Origin: Azospirillum brasilense
GTDB taxonomy: Bacteria; Pseudomonadota; Alphaproteobacteria; Azospirillales; Azospirillaceae
NCBI RefSeq assembly: GCF_008365405.1
Contig: NZ_QOKV01000001.1
Span: forward strand, 411,333-443,332
DNA: 32,000 nt
Direction of reading: 5' to 3'
Shown here: in pieces, positions 22,224 through 28,235 of the stretch
Layout: the number at the start of each line of letters is the position of its first letter
Numbering within the stretch: position 1 is the stretch's first letter
Notes under the pieces: generated by a model
Told to the model about the DNA's origin: nothing
What the model saw: only the letters and a program-made list of their open reading frames with translations
Databases searched by the model: none
Position numbers and translations under genes: made by a program

Positions 22224-22236
22224 CAGGGGGAAGGGA

Positions 22237-23547
22237 ATGGCCGACGCCAAGTTCCTCAAGTTCGACACGCTGAGCCTGCACGCCGGCCAGCGGCCCGACC
22301 CGGCCACCGGGGCGCGGGCGGTGCCGATCTACCAATCCACGTCCTACGTCTTCGACGACACCGACCACGCCGCCTCGCTGTTCAACCTGGAACGGCCGGG
22401 GCACATCTATTCCCGCATCTCCAACCCCACAGTGGCGGTGCTGGAGGAGCGGCTGGCGGCTCTGGACGGCGGTGTCGGCGCGATCTGCACGGCCAGCGGC
22501 CAAGCGGCGCTGACGCTCGCCATCATGACGCTGATGGACGCCGGCGGGCACATCGTCGCCTCCTCGTCGATCTACGGCGGCAGCCGCAACCTGCTGGCCT
22601 ACACGCTGCCGCGATTCGGCATCACCACGACCTTCGTGAATCCGCGCGACCTCGACGGCTTCCGTGCGGCCATCCGGCCGGAGACTCGGCTGCTGTTCGG
22701 CGAGGTGCTGGGCAATCCGGGGCTGGAGGTGCTCGACATCCCCCGCCTGTCCGCCATCGCGCATGACGCTGGCTTGCCGCTGATGGTCGATGCGACCTTC
22801 GTCACGCCCTACCTGTGCAAGCCGTTGAGTTTCGGCGCCGATCTGGTCATGCATTCCTGCACCAAGTGGCTGGCCGGGCACGGCGTCGCCATCGGCGGGG
22901 CGGTGATCGACGGCGGCACCTTCGACTGGGAGGTGTCCGGCAAGTTTCCGACCCTGACCGAGCCCTACGCCGGCTATCACGGCATCGACTTCGCGGAGGA
23001 GTATGGGCCGGCGGCCTTCATCATGCGCGCCCGCGCCGAGGGCCTGCGCGACTTCGGCGCCTGCATGAGCCCGATGAACGCGTTCCAGATCCTCCAGGGC
23101 GTGGAAACCCTCCCGCTGCGCATGAAGGGCCACATCCACAACACCCGCAAGGTGCTGGGCTTCCTCGAATCGGAGGCCTACGCGGAGAACGGCAGCGTCG
23201 CCTGGGTCACCCATCCGGAACTGCCCGATCATCCCGACCACCGGCTGCGCGCCCAGCTCCTGCCGCACGGCGCCGGCTCGATCATCTCCTTCGGCATCAA
23301 AGGCGGGCGGGCAGCCGGGCGGCGCTTCATCGAGAAGCTGGCGCTGTTCTCCCACCTCGCCAACGTCGGCGACGCCAAGTCGCTGGTCATCCACCCCGCC
23401 AGCACCACCCACGCCCAACTCGACGCCGAGGCGCTCGCAGCCGCCGGGGTGGGGGAGGACATGATCCGCCTGTCCATCGGGCTGGAGGATTGCGACGACC
23501 TGATCGACGATCTGCGCCAGGCGCTGCGCGCCGCCACCAAGGCGTGA
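22237..23547 (+). CDS. metY: O-acetylhomoserine sulfhydrylase (Cys/Met-metabolism PLP-dependent enzyme)
   Basis: FDTLSLHAGQ, YSRISNPT and CTKWLAGHG (PLP lysine context) are the motifs seen. The protein is 436 aa and has an SD upstream. The first 261 codons of the ORF-track entry overlap the GCS2 gene in another frame and are rejected. Confidence 0.88.
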   Translation: MADAKFLKFDTLSLHAGQRPDPATGARAVPIYQSTSYVFDDTDHAASLFNLERPGHIYSRISNPTVAVLEERLAALDGGVGAICTASGQAALTLAIMTLMDAGGHIVASSSIYGGSRNLLAYTLPRFGITTTFVNPRDLDGFRAAIRPETRLLFGEVLGNPGLEVLDIPRLSAIAHDAGLPLMVDATFVTPYLCKPLSFGADLVMHSCTKWLAGHGVAIGGAVIDGGTFDWEVSGKFPTLTEPYAGYHGIDFAEEYGPAAFIMRARAEGLRDFGACMSPMNAFQILQGVETLPLRMKGHIHNTRKVLGFLESEAYAENGSVAWVTHPELPDHPDHRLRAQLLPHGAGSIISFGIKGGRAAGRRFIEKLALFSHLANVGDAKSLVIHPASTTHAQLDAEALAAAGVGEDMIRLSIGLEDCDDLIDDLRQALRAATKA

Positions 23548-23557
23548 GGAGGCTGCC

Positions 23558-24355
23558 ATGGACCTGACCGTCAACGGCCAAACCGTCTACGCCCACACCG
23601 GCGGGCGGCCTTTCGATCCGGCCCGGCCGGCGTTGGTGCTGATTCACGGCGCCGGCATGGACCACACGGTGTGGAGTCTGCAAAGCCGCTACCTCGCCCA
23701 TCACGGGCGGTCGGTCCTGGCGGTGGATCTGCCGGGCCATGGCCGGTCCGGCGGGGCGCCGCTGCCCTCCATCGATGAACTGGCGGACTGGATCGTAGCT
23801 CTGCTGGACGCAGTGGGTGTGGCGAAGGCGGCGCTTGCCGGCCATTCCATGGGTGCCCTGGTGGCCTTGGAAGCCGCGGCGCGGCACGAAAACCGAGTCG
23901 AGTCGCTGGCCCTGCTGGGCGTGGCGGAGACGATGCCGGTTCATCCGGATCTTCTGGCCGCCGCGGCGCTGAACGACCCGTCTGCCATCGAACTGGTCAT
24001 CGGCTGGGGGCATGGGCCGCGCGGGCATGTCGGCGGCGCGGCGGCGCCCGGACTGTCGCTGCTCCCCGGCGGGCGGCGATTGATGCAGCGGGCCCGCCCC
24101 GGCGTGCTGGGCGTCGATTTGGGCGCTTGCAACGCCTACGTCCGCGGCGCTGAGGCGGCGGCGGCGGTGTCCTGCCCGGCGCTGTTCCTGCTGGGCGGAG
24201 CCGACCGTATGACTCCGGCAAAATCCGGCAAGGCTCTCTCCGCCAAGGTTAGGCATTCCGAAGTTATCATGCTGTCCGGTATAGGCCATATGGTTATGAC
24301 GGAAGCGCCAGACGCAACCACAGATGCCATTGCAGCGCAGTTCTCTGCGCGCTGA
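23558..24355 (+). CDS. Alpha/beta-fold hydrolase
   Basis: VLIHGAGMDH oxyanion region, GHSMG nucleophile elbow, C-terminal GIGHMV (His). Starts 10 nt after the metY stop. 265 aa. Confidence 0.8.
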   Translation: MDLTVNGQTVYAHTGGRPFDPARPALVLIHGAGMDHTVWSLQSRYLAHHGRSVLAVDLPGHGRSGGAPLPSIDELADWIVALLDAVGVAKAALAGHSMGALVALEAAARHENRVESLALLGVAETMPVHPDLLAAAALNDPSAIELVIGWGHGPRGHVGGAAAPGLSLLPGGRRLMQRARPGVLGVDLGACNAYVRGAEAAAAVSCPALFLLGGADRMTPAKSGKALSAKVRHSEVIMLSGIGHMVMTEAPDATTDAIAAQFSAR

Positions 24356-24453
24356 GCCTGTTGTTTCTTCGTTGATTGGAATGGCGTCATGAATCGTTAA
24401 CGGATTGACGTCTTACTGTTCTGTGTTGGAGCGGCGATGCGGAATGGTGTTCT

Positions 24454-26346
24454 GTGCGGAGTCTTGAGCGGTATGTTCATGCGCTGATGGCGAACGCCGG
24501 CGATGTCGTCGCCGTGATGTCGTCGGACGGTCGGTTCGCCGATGTGGGAGCCGCGTCGCCTCGCGTGCTGGGATCGCCGCCGGAGGCGCTGCTGGGGACG
24601 CTCGTCCTGGATTGCGTCCATCCGGACGACCGGGACGACGTTGCCCGGCGTTTCGCCTTGTGCGGCCATGGGGCATGCACCGAAGCCGGTCGCCCGTTCC
24701 CCTGCCGGCTGCGCCACGCGGCCGGTGGCTGGCGTCACATGGAGATGACGGTGCAAAACGGGCTGGACGACCCCCACGTCCAGGGTATCGTCATCCACGC
24801 CCGTGACGTGACCGACCGGGTGGAGGCCGAACAACGACTGCGGGCGAGCGAAACGCTCTACCAGACGCTGGCCCGCTCGGCCCCGGTCGGCATTTTCCAG
24901 ACGGACCGCGACGGCGGTATCGTCTTCGCCAACCCGCGCTTCGCCGCCATCGCCGGGCTGTCTCCCGATGCGCTGTCCGGCCATGCCTGGCGCACGTCGC
25001 TGCATCCGGACGACCGATCCCGGTTGGAGGCGGATTGGGCGCAGGCCGTGGCGTCGGGTCGGCCGGTTCTGCTGAATCTTCGGTTTTGCGGGGCCGATGG
25101 CACGGTCACCTTCGCCCTGTGCCAGGGCTCGCCGCTGAGCGACATGGATGGGCGGGTGATGGGCTGTGTCGGCACGCTGACCGACATGACCGAATATGTG
25201 CGGACCGCCGACGCCCTGCTGATGGCGGAGGCCCGGACCAACGCCATCGTGGATGCCGCAGCCGATGCCATCGTCACCATGGATGGGGAGGGCATTGTCC
25301 ACAGCTTCAACCCGGCGGCGGAGGCGATGTTCGGCATTACGGCGGCCGACATGCTGTGGAGCCGGATCGACCGGCTGATCCCGGACATCGGCGCGCTGCT
25401 TCAGGATGGCGGGTTGGCCGTTTACCAGCCCGGCGGCGAAGCTCATGGGGCCGGGGCCGTGCGGGAGGCCGTGGCGGTGCGGGGCGGCGACGGCAACCGC
25501 TTTCCCATCGAGGTTTCGGTCAGCGCGGTCGAGACGGGCGGGCGGCGCGTCTTCACCGGCATCATCCGCGACATCACCGCGCGCAAGCGGACCGAAAGCG
25601 ACCTGATCGCCGCCAAGGAAGCGGCCGAGTCGGCGGACCGCACCAAGTCGACCTTCCTCCAGATCATGAGCCATGAGTTGCGCACCCCGCTGAACGCGGT
25701 CATCGGGTTCGCCCAGGTGATCGAGATGCGACTGCTGGGCGCGGGGGAGGTGGACCGCTACATCGACTACGCCGGCTCGATCCGCCAGTCGGGCGAACAT
25801 CTGCTGGCGATCATCGACGACATCCTGGACATCACGACCATCGAGGCCGGAGGGCTGCGGCTGAACGAAACTCCCGTCGATCCGTCCGCACTGGTGGGGG
25901 AGGCGCTGAATCTCGTCGCCATCCAATCGGGCAAACGCGGCGTGCCGATTCGCATCGACCTGGAGGATGGCCTGCCGACGCTGTTCGGCGACGCGCTGCG
26001 CCTGCGGCAGGTGCTGGTGAATCTGTTGTCGAACGCCGTGAAATTCTCCAATCCCGGTGAACCCGCCGCCATCCGCGTCCGGCGGGGGGGCGACGGTGGG
26101 CTGGAACTGTCGGTGACGGACACCGGAATCGGCATCGCGGCGGAGGATCTGCCGAAGGCGATGACCCCCTTCGTCCAGGTCGATCAGTCCATGGCGCGGC
26201 GCTACGAGGGAATGGGGCTCGGCCTGTCCATCTCGAAGCGGCTGGTCGAGGCGCATGGCGGGACATTGCGCATCGATAGTGCGCCGGGGAAGGGGACCGC
26301 CGTGACCGTGGCCTTGCCGCCGAGCCGGATCAAGGGCGAGGCGTGA
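24454..26346 (+). CDS. Soluble sensor histidine kinase with three PAS domains
   Basis: Three PAS-like repeats; H-box FLQIMSHELRTPLNAV, N-box LVNLLSNAVKFS, G-boxes DTGIGI and GMGLGLSISKRLV. No hydrophobic TM segment. GTG start at 24454. Confidence 0.88.
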   Translation: MRSLERYVHALMANAGDVVAVMSSDGRFADVGAASPRVLGSPPEALLGTLVLDCVHPDDRDDVARRFALCGHGACTEAGRPFPCRLRHAAGGWRHMEMTVQNGLDDPHVQGIVIHARDVTDRVEAEQRLRASETLYQTLARSAPVGIFQTDRDGGIVFANPRFAAIAGLSPDALSGHAWRTSLHPDDRSRLEADWAQAVASGRPVLLNLRFCGADGTVTFALCQGSPLSDMDGRVMGCVGTLTDMTEYVRTADALLMAEARTNAIVDAAADAIVTMDGEGIVHSFNPAAEAMFGITAADMLWSRIDRLIPDIGALLQDGGLAVYQPGGEAHGAGAVREAVAVRGGDGNRFPIEVSVSAVETGGRRVFTGIIRDITARKRTESDLIAAKEAAESADRTKSTFLQIMSHELRTPLNAVIGFAQVIEMRLLGAGEVDRYIDYAGSIRQSGEHLLAIIDDILDITTIEAGGLRLNETPVDPSALVGEALNLVAIQSGKRGVPIRIDLEDGLPTLFGDALRLRQVLVNLLSNAVKFSNPGEPAAIRVRRGGDGGLELSVTDTGIGIAAEDLPKAMTPFVQVDQSMARRYEGMGLGLSISKRLVEAHGGTLRIDSAPGKGTAVTVALPPSRIKGEA

Positions 26347-26379
26347 CGAGGGCGGCAGCGACTTCCGAAGAACGCAAGA

Positions 26380-26407
26380 ACGGCGCCCCGGTTTCCCGGG
26401 ACGCCGT
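26380..26407. terminator. Hairpin between the convergent kinase and hsp20 genes
   Basis: ACGGCGCCCCGG, loop TTTC, CCGGGACGCCGT: 11 bp with one mismatch. The following sequence is U-rich only on the minus strand. Confidence 0.45.
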
Positions 26408-26431
26408 GTGGATGTGTGCAGTGCCTTGCGG

Positions 26432-26893
26432 TTACGCGGCCTGCTGGGTCAGCGCGGGCTTCGCCGTGCCGTTGGTGCCGATCTGAATGGTCCGCGGCTT
26501 CATCGTTTCCGGCACCTCGCGCACCAGATCGATGTGGAGCAGCCCGTTCAGCAGATTGGCGTTGCCCACCTTGATGAAGTCGGCAAGCTGAAAGCGGCGC
26601 TCGAAAGCGCGGCCGGCAATACCCCGGTAGAGGAATTGGCCGGTCTCCTGTTCCTTCTTAGCTTTCCCTGTGACCACCAGAGAGTTCTGCTGAGCGGTGA
26701 TCTCCAGGTCCTCCGGGCCAAAGCCGGCGACGGCCATGGTGATCCGGTAAGCGTCGTCGCCCGTCTTCTCGATGTTGTAGGGCGGGTAGGACGCGGCGGC
26801 CTCGTCGCCGGTCATCGCGTTCTCCAGGAGACGCGAGAGGCGGTCGAACCCGACGGTCGAACGGAACAGCGGCGAAAGGTCGTAGGAGCGCAT
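26432..26893 (-). CDS. Small heat-shock protein, Hsp20/alpha-crystallin (IbpA-like) family
   Basis: MRSYDLSPLFRSTVGFDRL...PPYNIEKTGDDAYRITMAVAGF...GIAGRAFERRFQLAD...NGLLHIDL. ATG 26893 is preceded by GGAGG. The 60-codon ORF-track N-terminal extension is rejected. Confidence 0.92.
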   Translation of the reverse strand: MRSYDLSPLFRSTVGFDRLSRLLENAMTGDEAAASYPPYNIEKTGDDAYRITMAVAGFGPEDLEITAQQNSLVVTGKAKKEQETGQFLYRGIAGRAFERRFQLADFIKVGNANLLNGLLHIDLVREVPETMKPRTIQIGTNGTAKPALTQQAA

Positions 26894-26995
26894 GACATAT
26901 CCTCCGAAAGAGCGATACAGCGATCGGGGACCACGATCATCGTCGGTCCCCCGGCTTGCGGTTCCGGCGAACCCCAACTGGGCGTCCGCCGACAC
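26894..26995 (-). promoter_or_regulatory. ROSE-type RNA thermometer candidate (hsp20 5' UTR)
   Basis: On the mRNA, UCGCU (26915-26911) pairs with SD AGGA (26903-26900) and leaves its G bulged. Flanking UA/UA and CUC/GAG pairs give a 7-8 bp hairpin ending 3 nt before the AUG. GC-rich hairpins lie upstream, and the UTR is about 100 nt. Confidence 0.6.
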
Positions 26996-27001
26996 CGCGA
27001 C

Positions 27002-27029
27002 AGATAAGCGAGTGCCCTCAGCGTTCAAG
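27002..27029 (-). promoter_or_regulatory. Sigma32 (RpoH)-type heat-shock promoter for hsp20
   Basis: The minus strand reads CTTGAA-...-CTTATCT, which is CTTG-N17-CTTATCT. This is an exact fit to the alphaproteobacterial RpoH consensus CTTG-N17-CYTATNT. Confidence 0.65.
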
Positions 27030-27169
27030 AGGGCGCTTTTTGAAAATCGCCGGGCCGCGCCGCTGCCGTCCATAGGGCGGACGGCGGGGGTCCATAGCCA
27101 CTCATCGATTGTTAATCAGTTGCGCCGAGGCTCGGAATCGGGCCATCCGGCCGCGGGAGGGGTACGGCC

Positions 27170-27580
27170 GTGATGGAAACACCGACCTTCTTCAACGGGA
27201 CTTATGATGAGACGATGGCGCTGCTGATCGAGGCGCGCAATTACATCGCCTATCATGACGCCGCCAGCCACCGGGCGCTGCCGCCCCATGTCCGGCTTCA
27301 GATCTCGTACGAATCGATGCGGGTGACCAGCCGGCTGACCCAGGTCATGGCCTGGCTGCTGGCGCAGAAGGCCGTCCATGCCGGGGAGATGACCCGCGAG
27401 CAGGCGGCGAGCGACGATTTCGCCCTGTCGGGCGGGGACATCTGCACCGATCCCTCCGGCCCGGACAACGAGCAGCTTCCGGACGGTCTGCGCAGCCTTC
27501 TGGAGCGCAGCCACCGGCTCTACATGCGCGTCGCCCGGCTGGACGAGCGCGCCCGCGACGCGGTGGCGATGGCCGGCTGA
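27170..27580 (+). CDS. DUF1465 family protein (RcdA-like, regulator of CtrA degradation)
   Basis: TYDETMALLIEARNY...ESMRVTSRLTQVMAWLLAQKAVHAGEMT matches my recollection of the DUF1465/RcdA signature. GTG 27170 or ATG 27173. Confidence 0.65.
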   Translation: MMETPTFFNGTYDETMALLIEARNYIAYHDAASHRALPPHVRLQISYESMRVTSRLTQVMAWLLAQKAVHAGEMTREQAASDDFALSGGDICTDPSGPDNEQLPDGLRSLLERSHRLYMRVARLDERARDAVAMAG

Positions 27581-27623
27581 CGGCCGGCTTCCCGACAAAC
27601 CGCAAACAGAAGCCGCAAACGCG

Positions 27624-27657
27624 AAAAGGGCGCCCGGCGAACCGGACGCCCCTTTTC
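27624..27657. terminator. Bidirectional terminator between the DUF1465 gene and rpmE
   Basis: AAAAGGGCGCCCGG, loop CGAA, CCGGACGCCCCTTTT: 10-bp stem with one mismatch, A-run and T-run flanks. CCGCAAAC / GTTTTGCGG arms extend it outward (27612-27666). Confidence 0.7.
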
Positions 27658-27676
27658 GTTTTGCGGACGAAGAAGG

Positions 27677-27901
27677 TTACTTCTTCAGGCCGAAGCTCGC
27701 GAAGCGCTTGTTGAACTTGGCGATCTGGCCGCCCGTGTCCAGCAGCTTCTGCACGCCGGTCCAAGCCGGGTGCGACTTCGGGTCGATGTCGAGGCGCAGC
27801 GTATCGCCCGGCTTGCCCATCGTGGAGCGGGTCTTGAACGTGCTGCCGTCGGTCATCACCACGTTGATCTCGTGGTAGTCGGGATGGATATCAGTCTTCA
27901 T
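27677..27901 (-). CDS. rpmE: 50S ribosomal protein L31 (Cys-less form)
   Basis: [27 protein letters not shown]...[11 protein letters not shown]. 74 aa. ATG 27901 is Met20 of the ORF-track entry. Confidence 0.93.
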   Translation of the reverse strand: MKTDIHPDYHEINVVMTDGSTFKTRSTMGKPGDTLRLDIDPKSHPAWTGVQKLLDTGGQIAKFNKRFASFGLKK

Positions 27902-27929
27902 GGCCGGGGTTCCTGCAAAGCGAGCGCGG

Positions 27930-27958
27930 TCTATAGCAAAGCATGCGGCATGATGCAA
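27930..27958 (-). promoter_or_regulatory. Sigma70-type promoter candidate for rpmE (TTGCAT-N17-TATAGA)
   Basis: Read on the minus strand: -35 at 27958-27953 and -10 at 27935-27930. This leaves a leader of about 22 nt containing AGGA. Confidence 0.5.
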
Positions 27959-28140
27959 CCGCGTTCCTGCGCCGGAATGGCGGGTGTTCCCGAACCACCG
28001 CCGCTTTGCTGTGCCGCCCCATCATTCACCACGAGGACACGGATGCACAGAGAACTGGAGCGCTTCCGGAGCGGGGTGGCGCTGGCCGGTTCACTGTGTC
28101 TTCGTGCCGCCGCGGTTTGATCCGGCGGCCACACCATACC

Positions 28141-28169
28141 TTGTTCATAGGCCTCCCCCTTGCTATATG
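28141..28169 (+). promoter_or_regulatory. Sigma70-type promoter candidate for the ABC exporter (TTGTTC-N17-TATATG)
   Basis: -35 at 28141-28146 and -10 at 28164-28169. If used, it excludes the upstream ATGs of the ORF-track entry as start codons. Confidence 0.4.
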
Positions 28170-28235
28170 CCGAGCTTGCCCCCGTGCACCGTCTGCACAT
28201 CGTCCTGCCGCCCGTCCTGCCGCTGGGGAGCCTCG

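Noticed and set aside
21454-22236. 5' extension of the metY ORF (697-aa model).
   Set aside because: It overlaps the GCS2 ligase in another frame and runs through the intergenic leader. The conserved MetY N-terminus (FDTLSLHAGQ) follows ATG 22237, which has a good SD.
27060-27100. GTCCATAG direct repeat (27068-27075 and 27090-27097) and CCGTCC...GGACGG inverted repeat in the hsp20/DUF1465 divergent region, considered as a CtrA box or operator.
   Set aside because: No TTAA-N7-TTAA CtrA consensus is present; only one TTAA half-site occurs, near 27113. The repeats are short enough to arise by chance in GC-rich DNA, so they are too weak to call.
27984-28235. 84-codon N-terminal extension of the ABC exporter ORF. 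The 60-codon extension of hsp20 (26894-27073, minus strand) is a similar case.
   Set aside because: The extensions are Pro/Cys/Arg-rich with no transporter or sHSP homology. They overlap the promoter candidates and, for hsp20, the ROSE-like UTR. Internal starts have clear SD sequences.
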